Assembly: GCA_036172245.1 (NCBI GenBank)
Contig: JAYWIR010000017.1
Span: forward strand, 2,542,001-2,606,000
Length of the DNA: 64,000 bases
Reading direction: 5' to 3'
DNA from: Raillietiella orientalis
Lineage: Eukaryota
Both the position numbers and the translations under genes were made by a program. The notes under the pieces were generated by a model. That model saw nothing but the letters and a program-made list of their open reading frames with translations, ran no database searches and was not told the DNA's origin. Positions 1-13,799 of this stretch are shown here, one piece after another; position 1 is the stretch's first letter; each line of letters begins with the position of its first letter.

Positions 1-1999
1 GAAATGCCGGGAATGCATGCAAGCAACGTTCTTTCCCTTGTTCAGGCAGATGGAGCAGGTTTCAAGGAGAGCAGCACGCTCCATCCGGGCATGTTTCCAG
101 GACGGATTTTCCAGAGAAGGGGGGGTCAAAGTAAGAGAAAATGGCCTCCTTTTTGTTTTGTTTTGTTTTTTTACAAATTGAGAGGTGAACATGAGGAGGT
201 CTACACAGGGATGGTCTCAGTAAGGAAATGCAGCGACTCAACAAAAACAGAGTTGCTAACTTGGCATCATTATCATGAAAAGTGAAAATGGTAAGTGGCC
301 CAATATCATAAAAAGAGAAAGAATAAGAAAATTAAATTGCAGTGAATTTAAAAAAAAAAAAAAAATCTAAGGATTGTACTCGAGGCTCAAGAAACTGCGC
401 AGACTCGTTCCTTTGTATTTCACGTGTAGGATTCTCGTATCATGGAAACCGAACGTCGCGGTGTGGGAATTCTCGTGTACCGTAAGATATTCTGGAGAGG
501 GTCCGAACACGCTTGTTGCCATGTCACGATGATTTCACCAAGGAACCTCCGAAGCTACCAAGCTGAGATCCGGGCTTGCCGAACGCCATTCGTTTCTTCC
601 ACAACTCGAATGCGTGCTGCGGACGCGGATCTCCGATGCAACATCCTAATAATAAATTGATTGTGCCACGAATCGGGAGATGAAAGAGATTTTTCCAAGG
701 TTCCAACTCGGATCCATTTCCTTCCTCCCTTCCTTTCTTTCCGTTTTCCTCCAGGAGGCTTGTTTGCTCTCTTGCTGCGTCTTGCGTCAACAAAGATTCT
801 CTCTATCCATCTTCCAGATTTTTCGATAGATAAAGGAAGTGATCAAGAAGGTCACTCGAATCAGCGCCACATTTCACGAGTTCTCGGAACTTCGCTGCTT
901 GCCGCGGTCGCGATAACATCGAGCTGTCCTGGGGGTACCGAGGAAAAAAAAAAACGATCTCGTCAGGTCACGCGGGATCTCGAATGGCCCTGCATCTGGG
1001 AAAGTTCGTTTCCCGGGGAACTGCTGCTCTCAGATCCCCACTACGACCCGGGCTCAGAGCACGCAATTCTGCAAGACACACGCAAATGAGGTCCCCGTTC
1101 CCGAAGCTTCGGAGACGCATCGGTTCCTGTTGAGTCGCGTGGCGGAGCTGGCGGCGGAAATCCCAGGGCACTCCCTCTTTGGAAAAAATCTCAAATACAG
1201 ATTCCTGAAGACAATGGCGATCACGAGTTCACATCCTGTCAAACGATTAGGATGACAAATGATTTCACAATGATTTCACGTTAACTACCAGCGCGTCGGA
1301 CATCCTCTTGCGATAAAGAAATCCTCGCAGGCTCGCGGTGTTTACCAGCGAGCCTGAGAGCCGGGGCACCGGGGCTGCCGAGGAACGGCAGACTTCGGGT
1401 TCGAGTTGTTTCACTCCGTCTTCACCTTGGCACGCTCACGAACCGATCGGCGAGAGCCGGTCCAAGGACTCGGCGAAGAACCAAATCAGTCCAAGCCTCC
1501 AGGATGCATTTCGTAACTCTGCCGCGCTGCGACCACTTGACCACTTGCTTGTTACCGTTTCTCCGGGGCCGCAAAAAACGAGGGGCGCTTGTGGGTCCCT
1601 CGGGAGTATCCCCCAAAATCTTCTGGATGCAGCGCGCGTCTTCGGAGGCAAGCGGATCGTGTAGATGGGAGTGCGCGCGGTGGATCCGCTCCATGGCAAC
1701 GACGCCCGGGAGTCAGATCTCGGAATGCCACGAGGAAGTGAACACTCCTTGGGAGTGGCTTGCATTCAGGACGATGCGCCGCGCATCAGAAAACGTCAGA
1801 AAAAGAAATGACTGCTGATCGGTCACGAGACCAGGGGTACGGTAGCGCCTCCGTGTGAGCGTGGAACACGTTCCACCGCCCTACACGCACCCTACTGGCC
1901 ATTCATAGGTGACTTCATAGCATTTCTAGAAAATATACGTTGCACCTCAAACGTCGTATCAGTAGAATATTTGAATATGAGGTTTCCCCCTAACTAAAG

Positions 2000-2385
2000 T
2001 TAGGGACCACCTATGAATCCGGGAAGGGGTCCCTGGGAGGAAACTCCGAAGGGAACTTCTTCCTTATCCCCTCCAGAGGGATGCCTTGGAGGGGACCGCT
2101 CCTCACTGCTTCTCCGAAAGGAATCCGGAAAGGGCCCCCTCTTGGAACTTCTTCCCAGGAAGGAACCCGCATGGGAACCGCTCCCTGTTCCCTCCTTCCC
2201 TGAAGAGAACCCCGAAGGGCGACTTCTAAATTTCCTCGGTAGGGCTCTTTCCAAAGGGATAATCCCAAACGCCGCTAACTCGTTCCTATACTTAATCGCT
2301 TCTTATACTTCTCACTTGATCGCTTCTTACTTAATCGCTTCGTAAACTCTGGAGAAGCAACCCCCCGCAACCCCCGAGAGGGATA
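2000..2385 (-). mobile_element. Fragment of LINE ORF1-associated repeat family (low-complexity part), inverted relative to the copies at 11.5, 15.7 and 39 kb
   Basis: Minus frame RKFRSRPSGFSSGKEGTGSGSHAGSF...LPGFIGGP aligns by eye with 11786-12250 (KLRSVPQMFPSEEEETESGSLAGAL) and 16630-16986 (LPGFIGWS). Confidence 0.7.
2283..2342. repeat. Short imperfect tandem repeat (ACTTAATCGCTTC-like unit, about 3 copies) inside the repeat copy
   Basis: acttaatcgcttc / acttgatcgcttc / acttaatcgcttc read directly. Confidence 0.8.
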
Positions 2386-3399
2386 TCAACCATCTGGTAA
2401 CCAGTGGGGTAACCAGTGGGGGGAAAGGGGGAAAAGAGGTCTTAAATTGATCAAATACCAAGTTTTCTTGGCACTTAATCAATTTAAGCAATTTTATAGT
2501 TCCAGCTCTATCGCTGTTGAAAAATGCATTTTCTTGCGCTACTCCATCCAGAAAAATGGTTAAATCACTTGATCAACGTTCTTTTTTTCTTAAAAAGAAA
2601 AAGAAAAGCTGAGCCAAAAGTTGCACCACAAAATTTGAAACTGATCTACGGCTTCGTGCTGTCGGGTTGCTTTACCACGTTATACGAGGACTTTCGCAGT
2701 TTCTTCGCCACCGCGTTGTACGGGTCCCTCAATGATTTCGAAGAGAAACATCCGCACCAACTGAAGACAAAGCAGTGCAAAATTATCCACGCGTCATCGC
2801 AAGGGAAGTGCGTGTACACATGGAACGCATCTTCTTCCCTCCGTACAAATAGGTCTAACCTGAAGAATTTACTCACTGGACACGTCCAAATACACTACTG
2901 GTGTCTCTAAATTCACTAGCCACGAAGCACCTTTATTTTTAGATACCCACCGCACACTAATGGCTACGCAGAGAAGCTCGTGTGTGCACCAATCTATTGC
3001 AAGCGTAGGAAAGAAACACACAAACACTCAACATGAACACATGACGTAACTGATAATTATTTTAAACATATCTAAATATTAATATAAGAAGTTGCGCAGT
3101 AAGCTTATACCAGCTTGAATTCATAATAACGTACTCGCACACATACGACGTGTTGGATGCGTATCATAGCACATTTATTTAATAAATAAATGAATGATGG
3201 ATTGCAAATAAGTAATATTCTGATATATAGATAGGTGGATACGAAGCTCTTTGTATGCACATTTTTATCTGCAACGCGTTGGCTGTTGAACAAGCAGATC
3301 ACTTGGTCTTTTCCCATACTTCCTGTCTGCGCCGGCTATTCCTACAAAAGGGCTGTCCCACTCCCTCCGAAGAGAAACCGTTCGCAGGCAACGGAAAGG

Positions 3400-6300
3400 G
3401 ATCTTGGAGAAGGTGTTTGAAGATTAATAGGAGAAGATTTCTTGGATGCCCACTTGGCGAACACTCGCAAGACGCACGCCCACCGGGGTAGCGAAAAAGA
3501 TTCCCGCTCGGGAATACTCTCGGATTCTACCTGTATTCAGCTCTGAATAATCGCGTCCACTGATTGATGAGGATGCTCCTGTGACGTGGGGAATCGTTCT
3601 CCCGGGAATTCCAACTTCAACATAGCCCGAGGCGAGTCTCGTTCACGACATTCAGTCTTGATGACCATTCGAGGGTCAGGGAATCCAGCGTCCGGACTTT
3701 TGTGTTTCTGCAGCTGCAGTGGCCCGTTTCTTCCTCAGTGCCCACGAGGTGTTTCCGTAGGGAAAAATGGCTTCAGGAGGTTCCGGGCTGCTCCACGCAA
3801 CACGTGACGTCATCCTTTGCCATGAGAATCAAAATAAATCGAGAGCAGTTTCTGCAGGCACTTCTCAAATAATCAGCATACACACACACACACGTGATGT
3901 ATGTATTCGTCTCGGCATTCGATCTCTGCACGGTTTCCTTTGTGGTCCACGGTGCGCTGCCAGAAGCACGAGCGAAAAGTTTTTTCTTCATCATTGGATT
4001 TCCTCCCAAGGCTTCAGAAGAACGGTTTATTCCTATACGAGGATTCCGGACCATTTCATGGCTCCTGTCTTTGGATCCCTTCAAAGGACACTGAAAAATC
4101 CCGTTTCGGGGTCCCCGACCAAAAGCCGATGCCGTTTCGTCCGTCGTTTCCTGCAGTCCCCTGATCCGAGAAAGGTGGTTTGGATGAACTTTCCACCGGA
4201 AACTCCACGAATTCTGAGGCGTTTCATTATGGAATTCATCAATCAGTTGCTTTCCAAAGGCGCGTTCAAACAACTCTCTTAATGAACCGTGGATCTTCAG
4301 CGCACGCTGGATGGAAGAGTCAACCTCGTTTCAAATTTAGCAGAACCTTTTTCTTCGGAGACGCTCCTATGATGGCTGGTCAAGTTATATTTCATAGAGG
4401 ATCTTTCAAGTCACATAAATCAGGATCTTTGGGTATTTCAAACAGCGCGCGAAGATTGAAAACCGCGATGTAGGAATTCGAGATTTCTCATTCATTTGCA
4501 CTGGCAGAGAATTTTCAGTCGATGATTTATGATTTTCTTCTGAAAACACCGAGGTACTGCCGCTCTCAAGGAATTCAACACATTTGGTGATGATGATTAA
4601 AATCTGATGCTCTTCTCGGTATTCGATGTTAGTGAAAATAGGCTGCTTCAGAAGAAAAAGAAACAAACAGATTAATTTTTAACGAGATGATTCTCGGAGA
4701 CGGTAAACATCGTTTGTTATTTCTAAAGAGATCAGAGGGACCGGAAAGACGCTGGTGAATCGCAAATGCGCACCCTTAATTTTGGTCGCTTGCTGGCGTG
4801 CACTCCTTCTTCCTGATCCAAGGATATCCGGACTTCTTCCGTCTTCCATCATGGCAGAGCATCGATTTCCTTCCATCCCTCAGGCTCGTAGCAGGGCGGA
4901 AAGGGACGACACGCTTTGCTATTCGTTGATTCGATGAGCAGAGCGATCCGTTCTCCAAGATCGAGCGCGGAGCTGGCTCATCTGGACCAGCACGGCAAAC
5001 AAGGCAAACCACTTGCATCGAGTTGCGGCACAGGAGAGGAATTTTTCCTTAACGATTAGTGGTCGTCTCTTTCGTCTCACTTGTGAGTTTCTTGCTCGAA
5101 AGCGCCCACCCGTTCCATCCGTGCGTGCTTTCCTGAATCCGTTTGACGCTCCTTCGCATCCTCATGTGCTCACCTTCCGAAATTCAAATGAGCTGAAGCA
5201 TTTAACGCGAGCGAGAGATTTCTGGAGCTGCAGATCGAAATGAATGCGGACAAAGCAGATGCAAGGGGCTGGCTGCGGAACAAATGCTCTTTCTGCAAAA
5301 AAATTCTTCCTTTCCGAGCAAACACTCGCAGCGATCTAAGAAGAAAAGCTGGAGGTGAAATTTTTCTCCGGTCCCGCGCAGCCTCAGCAGAAAACATTGG
5401 CTTGTTGGCTGCGGAGGAGTGTTGGTGCCGGTTCTCAACTTGGAGCTTCAAGATCGCGTGTGGTTTGCTGAACAGCTGGTAGATGGTTCTGAATGAACCA
5501 GAGACAATTCCAGCACCTCGCTGCTCTCTCATAACGCATCCCTGCAGTTTCCTGAGAGGAGAAGTTCCTGGGAAGACGAAAAGTTGATCGAAACCTGCTC
5601 CTTCCTCATCTGAGATGGTGGATAGGTAAAAGAACTTTCCGGAACAGCTTTCGATTGAAATTTGAGGACCTTTATGAAACACGGAGATGCGATTAAAACC
5701 GTTCTTCTCTGATCCAGCACGAAAGCACCAGAAAAAAATGGTACTCGATAACTTTTGGCGCCTCCATACGAATCGCTATGCTTGGAATTTATTTTTATCT
5801 TTTTTGAAAGTCCTTTGTGGCATCCTTTCGGGGGTATAATAGATTTGAAGACCTTACCGTGGAAGATGTGTGGCTATGAACAGCATCATGTCCATATCAG
5901 GTGATGTCCGCGACTGACGACAGCTCAGGATGGGTCACTCGCACCTTCGCAGCACTTCAGCCATTGATATTCATCCACTCAGCGCGAAAATTCTTCCACA
6001 CCCTTCGTTATTTAAGTGTTGAGAAAACCCAGATTGGGGACTATGAAATGAGACGGTTTTCAATCTTCGATGCCACCACCCTATGCTGTCGGTATTTTAC
6101 CTCCATTCGGGGAAAAACTGGGCTGGACCGGACTCGCGGTGCTAATTTTTGATCCCTCCTCACTTGCTATTAACGGCAACTTTTCCTCAATCTCTTTGCC
6201 ATCCACTGAATTATCAGTCGCTGCTGGACCCTGAGGTTCTGACTCTCCTTTTTAATCTCGTTTGGAAGAATGGAGTCTGTTCAACTCTTTCGTCTTGGGG

Positions 6301-6660
6301 ATCTCTTACGGCTTCGCACGACCGTTTTATCTGCACAGCATCACACCGCGATTCCTTTGATCTAAGCTTTGTCGGAGAGAGGAAGTCATGAGGCGGTAGT
6401 TTTATTATGTGAATCCAGAGGATGCAATCTCGTCTCAGGAATCTTGATGCATCCGTTCGGTGCATGCAGCCCATCCACAAAACACCTTGGTTCATTGCTG
6501 AAACTCTTAAACTTGAAGTTTCCTTTCACGAGTCCTTGGGCAGGTTTGATCTGTTCAGCACCTCGTTCTCGCCCTTCGGGGACGAATGCAAAGGACTTCT
6601 GGGACGTTGAAACGGAAACAAAATAAAATTCCCAAACATCTTCCTTCGCTATTCCTGCCA
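3400..6660 (-). pseudogene. Heavily decayed coding-like region, possibly a NACHT/STAND NTPase remnant
   Basis: Weak motif echoes in NACHT order across broken frames: SVDGKEIE (Walker B-like, about 6200), KISTASP (TSRP-like, about 6140), NLGFLNT*ITK (GFS-like, about 6030). No intact Walker A. Confidence 0.25.
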
Positions 6661-8599
6661 AGAATGCGTCCAGAATTAAGATTAATCGCTACGTTAAGAT
6701 TAATTGCTGTTCTCCAAAGGGGAAGAAAGAAAAAAAAAAAAAAACAGAATTTCGATTAAACTCTAATCTGTTTCAAGATCACTTTCCTCTGAATACTTAC
6801 CCACTAATTTATTAAGTTCGCATTATGATTTAACTCGAGGAGGCGGCCGGTGTACAATGAGCAATTCTGCTTTTGAATGAATGATTCTTCTCACAAGGAC
6901 AATCAACAGCTGGGCATCACGCTGCGCCTGTTATTTACGGCGTGTGCAAATCAAGAGAATGTGGTAAATTTTCGAAACCTAAAGGTTTGAAGGAAAAAAA
7001 AAAATGAAATTCACGCTGTGATGGGGATTTTCAAGAAGAGGTCCACTCGGTCGGGAAGAAATTCTCAAATACTCATCTGCACACGTCACTTGGAGAACTG
7101 TCTCATTCCTTTCTTCCTTCTCGTGGTCATCATCCGTGTTTCCGAAATTGCCAGAATCGCGATGCACCTGCTCTCCCTACGCGGAAGAATTGGGCCTTTT
7201 TTTCAAAGGCTAGGCCGACGCTCGAGAGCTTTGGGGACGTTTCCGCTTGGCAAGTGTTCCACCAGCATCCGAACTGGGTGCCACCACGTCTTCTCTCGAA
7301 AAGCTCACGCGGTGGCTCTGGATGCAGCTACGAATTTCCGTTCATCTGTGGACTCTGGAGGCATCCTTTTACTCACCTTTCAGGGTCATCAGGTTTTCCC
7401 TTTGCTCCTCTCCGTTTCCCGGGTGGTGTGGAAAAAGTGGCACAGTAAGCTTTGTGCTGTTCTTTCGATTTTGAGGAAACAAATGACCCATTTCGGGAAT
7501 TCCCTACAGTTGTTAGATCTTGATTTTCTTTCCTTGCGCCATTTCCAGCCGACCTTTTCTCTCGACACTTCGTGCATGCACACAAACAGTACTCAAAGAG
7601 ATGAAATTTTCAAAATAATCGGGCAGTGTTCGAGGAGAATGGTAATCGTTTGCAGTGTTAAACATCGGAAATACATTAAAGCTAAAAGCTGAAGGAGGCG
7701 AATCATTTGAAATCAACACTTAAAAATGACTTTTGGGGAAGCAACAAATGGGGTGTTGCGTGGGAATTCCATGTGCATAGATAGCAGGGCAGTATGATCT
7801 GTGCTGCCGTCAGTGTACTCTGCTTGTAATGTTTCGTGCTTCGTTCAGTGGTCAGTTTGGTTACAGGTGCAACGTATCGGTGCTCAACACAATCATGTTC
7901 ACTTTCGGTATTGCATATGCAGCCATGTTCTTCCATGATGCATATACTTTGGAATGGAAGCTGCTCACGTGCTCTAGTTGTCTTTATCTCGAATCTGGGT
8001 CTCCCAGGCCTGCTGACTGCCTTCGCAACCGTTCTCCATTCCGTGCTGTCCGTTACCAAAGTGCAGCTCTTGGATAGGTGCACGGTTTGTTCTCCTATGC
8101 TGCTTCAGCTCCCCACATGTCACACTGACATTTCTTGGAAATGTGTTGCAACTATGGGTTCCAAAAACTATTGCGCCAGCTAGGATTTTCCGTTTACTCC
8201 TCAGGCTGTCGTTCGTCGTCTTGGCAGCAGGTTTCTACTCCCTGTGTTTGCAAGGCTTAGGAGGAGCACCCATCCTATGGAACGCAGTTTGTTTCTCAAC
8301 AAGATCAAAAGCTTAAAGATGACATTCAGGGAAGAAGCAAACGGAAGAAGTGCTTGTCGGATCCTGGGAACTTAGTAACATACTTGAACCAAACTGCTGC
8401 TCCGCAGTCCTCACATTGCCAGTGAAAGTGCTTTGAAACGACCTGGAGAATTTTAATTTCCTCCCCGCAGCTTCCCGCATTCATTCCTAATCGCTGTCTC
8501 TGACTCTTTTCCTTCTTCCTCGTTTTTCCTTTGTCGTGAAAAATGGAAATTTTTGATTCAGAGCACTCGCATTAAATTTGCCCGCAGTGTTTATTCTGG

Positions 8600-10900
8600 A
8601 ATTCGAACTGCTGCATTGAAGTAGTTGATTACTACAAGGTGCGAAATCCATTCCAACATTCCCAAAGTCCTTTACCGTGCCTTATCATCCCTTTTTGCCA
8701 TCCTCATGTCTCGACTTGCTTTAAGGATCGGATTTCGGATAGCGGAAAAAGACCACTGATTTTCAATCTGCCAATCTCTTGCAGCGATCATTGGAGCCTT
8801 TGTGGTGAAGTAGGTGCAACTGGATACTGTCGCTATTAACCACCAGGAACACAAGTTTAATAGCAAGACTCGCAGAAGGGTTCCACTGACTTTATTCCAT
8901 GAGACTCTGGGAACAAATAGGTAGTTGAAATGTTTTCTCATCCACATGCCATTATGCTCTCTTCCTATTACCATTCGGCTGCATTTCATTCTCCTTCCTG
9001 CTACGAGTTTATTGTGAGGATTTCGAACACAGAATGTTTGCAATTCTTATCTGACGGGGTTTCAAGTTCGCTTGGATCCATTGCCCGAAGCCTCGCATCC
9101 CGAAAACAAAAATGCACGTCACATCAATCGTTTCTCGGCTGCACCTTCATTCCGATCGACGTCGATGTTGCTTGCATTCAGAAAATTTCTTCTCCTGTGG
9201 TTCTTCGGTTTCATGATGTGCTTTCTGTAAAGGTGTAGCAATTGATAAATTTTTGCTTTGCCTTTGTGCTACCCGGAAATTATTCAAGACGGAAAACGGC
9301 TTTTCCCTGGGGAAGATTCGAATTGTATTCGTTTTTACAACACCACGCTGCTAAAAGAACGCATCCTTCAATCTGGAGCTTCCGTCCGATATGCTTTGGT
9401 GCCCTTCACTGATCGCATTTTCAAGCGGAAATAGAAGAAGGTCTACGGAAACTGCATCATCCCTCTGCCTGAAATCTAGCAGAATTTTGTAGACTCCGGA
9501 TTCCGGGAGCAACCCGAAAAGCACAAAGGAGAGAATGTTTGCAAGGTTGAAGTTCTGCAACGTCTTTCTCTGCTTGGCACCTGTTGACTTTTCTGACCCA
9601 TTTATGCAGCTGCCGAAACCTGTCTCTCATAGAATTCTTGATGCACAGCAATTCACCGCCTTCCAGTTATTAGCTAGTTTTTGCCTTTTACTGTGAGGTG
9701 GAACTCTGTTTGCTCTTGCTCCAAAATTTAAACTGAGAAAATAATCCACTTTTATCAGACCCCATGTGACCTTCAAAATCTTATCAAGCTCCCCTGGAGA
9801 CGGTTTGAAAAAAAGAAAAGGGAAAACTCGGCATGCATCATGGATTCTTTGATGAAATTAAGAATCTGGATTCAAAACGTGGTCGAATCAGCTCGGTGAC
9901 CCTGAAGAAGCTTTCACATCATTCTCTTCGGCGGAAGTCCTCTTCGAAAGCAGAGAAGTCGGAGGTGCTCCTGTAAAAAAAGGAAAATTTGGGTTTTTCG
10001 ACAGTGTTGCTAATTGATTCCATGCCTCGAAAGCGTCTCCAACTTTGACCTGCATAATCAGCAGAATTAAAACAAAGTTCTGACCTTTGCCACACGTGAG
10101 AATCCTCCCTTCACACTGACACCCTCAGAGAGGTTTCAGCACAGCTGCCTTCAAGTGAGCGCCGCGCAGCAGCATCTGTGACCAACTCGTCTTGTGAACT
10201 GTAGACTCTCACCTTTCTGGCATTTTGCCTCCCAATCTCACACACACGAAATCTGAGTTTGTTCCCGCCCTGCCCAGGGCAATCCCGCTTCAGCACACGG
10301 AAGCTGGAATGCGCATCCTCAAAGTCTTTGCATTGATTTTCTATCCGTTTGAAAATCATCTGTTAACAGCGGTCGACTTCGGTCTTTCGTTTTTCCGAAA
10401 GCGCCGATGGCTTTCTGGTGAACGGAAATCCGTTGAAAACTTGGTTTACAGGTGGAAGAATCTCTATTTCTATCCTTCTTTCGATGAATCTACGTACCCG
10501 AAGTTCCTGGAAAAATCGTCCCTTTGGTCACTTATGCTTTGCGTGACGGACACAGCTGAGTTTCGAGGATTCGTGCGCGATCCTCGTTAAAAAGCAGCAC
10601 CGCTGCTACCACTTGTAACCTCTGAGCTTTGGCAGTTTGGCGTTTGGATGAAGACATCTCATCTCATCCAGCTGTTTCCATTCGTTTCCGCTAAAGAATA
10701 CTGACGTTTCCTTAGCAGAAAATTCATCAGAAGAAGCAGCATTTCCCAGGAGCGGAAATGCCCCTCCCATCACTCTCTTGGAGTCGCTGTAATCCAATAA
10801 AGGGAAGTGCTCCCCCTCACCCCCCTTTGGCACAAGCCATAATGGAACCACCTCACACGGAGATTCAGGAGAGAGATGGCCTTGAAACCACGCTGCTCCC
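8600..10900 (-). pseudogene. Second decayed coding-like region, family uncertain (possibly NACHT-like)
   Basis: Protein-like fragments in alternating minus frames (VVPLWLVPK...KRVMGG; VFNGFP; DRSRPL) with many stops and frameshifts. Confidence 0.2.
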
Positions 10901-11489
10901 ATCTTTGTTTGCTCCTCACTCTTTCACTTGTGTGTATAATTAGCAGAGGCGGACGGCCCGTCTTTTACCTTGCTCCAAACAGCCATCGAGATCCACCCAC
11001 TGGAAACCAAGGTACGGCCTTTCTTCTGCGCAACTGGGCAGTCGACTTTGCGCATTCCCAGAGGCAGTTCGCGTCCCTCGATGATTCCTGCAACTCTCCA
11101 CCTCTGGAGCTGCAATCTCGAAGAGATTACCCAAGCCGAAAGCAAGCAGATGCAAAGTTCTCACCGAGAGAAAGCAAACAGATAAGTCACGATCCCCAAA
11201 CGCTTCGACGTCTTCACGGCTAAGCACTTTCGTGGAGCTCACGCTCGTCACATTTCTTCGGTCTCTTCGACTGCGATCTCCCTTAGCTTCTGGCTCGGAA
11301 GAAAGCCACAAGGAAAACAGTCGTTCTCGTTTTCCCAGAGGACCACTGAAGTGATCAGTTTCGGACACCGGTGATCTCAGTAATAAGTAATTACGCAAAA
11401 TCGAGAGCCGAAGTATCCGTTGAATGCTCCGGCTCCTCGGAACGCAAGCTGTAATGGTGATGATGACAAAAGAAAATGAGATGTTGGAA

Positions 11490-12390
11490 AAGACCAAGGG
11501 ACATCAGCCCGTGATAGAGCTCCCGTGTGGCATCGAGCGTCGCGGGTTCGAATCCCTCCTGGGAAAAGGATAGGAGCCGAGAAATGGAAACAGGAGGGAT
11601 GAGGAGGCGTAAGAGGTTTCGAATCTCCCACCTCAGGATGACGCTGGTTGGCCTGAAAGCTTCGGGTGCGGTGGCACCGAAGGAAGCCGGGAACCCCTAG
11701 ATGCCCCCGTTGATTAGCCGGGACTGGAAGTCGAAGTCCTTTCAGGAATCACGAAGCCGGCCCCCTTCGGGGATCCCCTGCGGTTGTGCAAAGGGAACCG
11801 TACCCCCACCTGGAGGAGGAGAAACCTCCATCGCGTACCGTGGTCGATACCCCCCTCGGGGGGGCGCCTCTTCAGAGTATCATGAAGCGCGCTGCTACCT
11901 TTGGAGGGCGACTTTCAGAGAAATTGAGAAGCGTTCCTCAGATGTTCCCTTCAGAGGAGGAGGAAACAGAGAGCGGTTCCCTTGCGGGTGCCCTCCGGAA
12001 AACAAATTCCAGGAGCGGATCCTTCCAAGGTTTCCTTCAAAGAAAAAAAGAGGAGCTGTTTGCTCGAAGGGTCCCTCTGGAAAGGATAAGGAAGAGGTTC
12101 TCTCCCAGGCGTAAGAGGAGCAGACTCCTTCCTCCGGAGCTTTCTTGGATTCATACGGTGGTCCATCGGGGCTGTCTTCTAACTCTTGAAGAGTCACACG
12201 CCCCCTCGTTGGGGGCGTGTAACTTCGTGAGCACCTCCCTTCCTTCGTGAGCACCTCCCTTCCTTACCCCTGAGGAATCGAACGGTCTTTCAATGTTCCT
12301 TAAGAACCGGAAAATAGAGAAAAAGAAAAGCTGGAAGGAAAGCAGAGGAAACAGAAGAATCCTAAAGGATTCCCATCATCCTGCGAGCCT
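11490..12390 (+). mobile_element. LINE ORF1-associated repeat family copy (3' part of ORF1)
   Basis: Collinear similarity with 16130-16950 and 38980-39720, e.g. gacgctggttggcctg..gcttcgggtgcgg, gaagcgcgctgct, aactcttgaagagtca. Confidence 0.75.
12223..12262. repeat. Perfect 20-bp tandem duplication
   Basis: cttcgtgagcacctcccttc occurs twice in tandem. Confidence 0.9.
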
Positions 12391-13069
12391 GGTATGAACA
12401 GTCAGCTCTCTTGGGAGTAATCTAAAAAAAGGTATTTCTCAGGAGATTCTTCTCATACAACGGTCACCAAGGAGGAAGGAAAGCGAATTTCAACACTCTA
12501 AAGAAAATTTTCACATCTCAATGGGAAATTTGAGGAGGAATAAATAATTTTTAGAATGTTCGAAACAAGCGGAGCAAATCCTGAAGGCCATCATCAAAGG
12601 TTCGGAAGCAAGAAAGGATCCTGCGCTCTTTTGAGTGCCATTACGACACGAGATCATGAGAGAGCATAGTTGGCAGCCAATGGAACTCCTGACATGCAAG
12701 ACTCTATGCATTCTGGAAGCTTCCATTTGCCGAAGGAGAGAGTTGTCATTGAGCCGTTGTGAGAAGCGAGAGCTCTAGCGGCTCGATCGGGAGTGGATAT
12801 GGATGGGTGGATGGCGTGACTCAGATTGAGTCCGACTCATTGCGCAACTCCCAATGCCGGCCGGGAAAAAGTTCCAGAAAGAGCTGCCGCTCCACATTCA
12901 CATCACTGTGGCAAAATGCCGACGACCGATTCCGCGATGAAATCTCCGGTGGTGGAACGTGCTCAGACTCCATCGAGTTGATTGCGGCGAAAGAGCGCCG
13001 CCGCTTGTTGGGCCTGCACTGGACAGCTTCCAGTTTCCTACCCGTTGATGCGAGCTGAGAACTTCGTGG

Positions 13070-13400
13070 AGAAACACGCGCAGCGCCGAAGATCAAGTAG
13101 GCAGGAAATCCACCCCCGTTCCGGGAGAAAAAAGTTGACGGTTCGAACCGCGGAGAAGAACCGTGCGGCAAAGCCCACGCCTGGACAAAGAACGGTCCCG
13201 CTCCCGCGCAGCTGTCGTCAGAAACGAAGAGGCTGGACAGGGTCACACGCTCCTCTGTTTTCCCTTGAGGAGTTAAAGGGCAACCCGGCAATCCCAGTAG
13301 TCTTCCTGGACCCCCTATGGATCCAGGAAGACTGCGGAGGGAGGAGTCCAGGCCAATGACGTGAAACTCCTGAATGGAATGCGCCAAAACTCCGTGGGGA
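13070..13400 (-). mobile_element. LINE ORF1 fragment (region upstream of the zinc knuckle)
   Basis: 13070-13240 is a diverged reverse complement of 15700-15865; both encode FPAYLIFGAARV. Confidence 0.65.
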
Positions 13401-13799
13401 AAGAGCGCGGCGCCGCCTCAGAACTGGAAATGGATCGGAACCTGCGGCATTGGGAAGACGGGTTTAGAGCTTATGACAAGCGGAAAAGTCGATGCCGACG
13501 CTGGAGAGTCTAGAAGTGGAGCAGCCCGGTGCTAAACACGCCAGCTTGGTGGCAAGAGCCAGGAAAGACGGAAGAGGTGGGATAGGCGGAAACGAATTCT
13601 GGCAAATGTGGGGCGAAATTTTGGATCGACTTTCACTCCGAGTTGAGTCGCAAGATGGTCCGGGTGAGTGCAATCGGAGCCGCAGAGGGAAGCAGAGGAA
13701 CGATGCAGATGGTTTCTCTTTGATTCACCGCAATGAGTCGCAGAAATATAGTCACGATGCCCAGAGGACTCCCGTCTCGACACGCGGAAATGAGAATGG

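Noticed and set aside
2290..2342. U2 snRNA 5' end (ATCGCTTCT) as a retrotransposon target
   Set aside because: The match is only 9 nt, within a local tandem repeat, with no downstream U2 sequence.
7700..8200. Thrombospondin-type repeat remnant (SVTCG..CEG on the minus strand)
   Set aside because: Only a few residues match and the WxxW motif is missing; too weak to call.
11500..11565. Functional tRNA gene (GGTTCGAATCC, possible GTG anticodon)
   Set aside because: No proper acceptor or anticodon stems; it is part of a repeat family and is reported only as a tRNA-like module.
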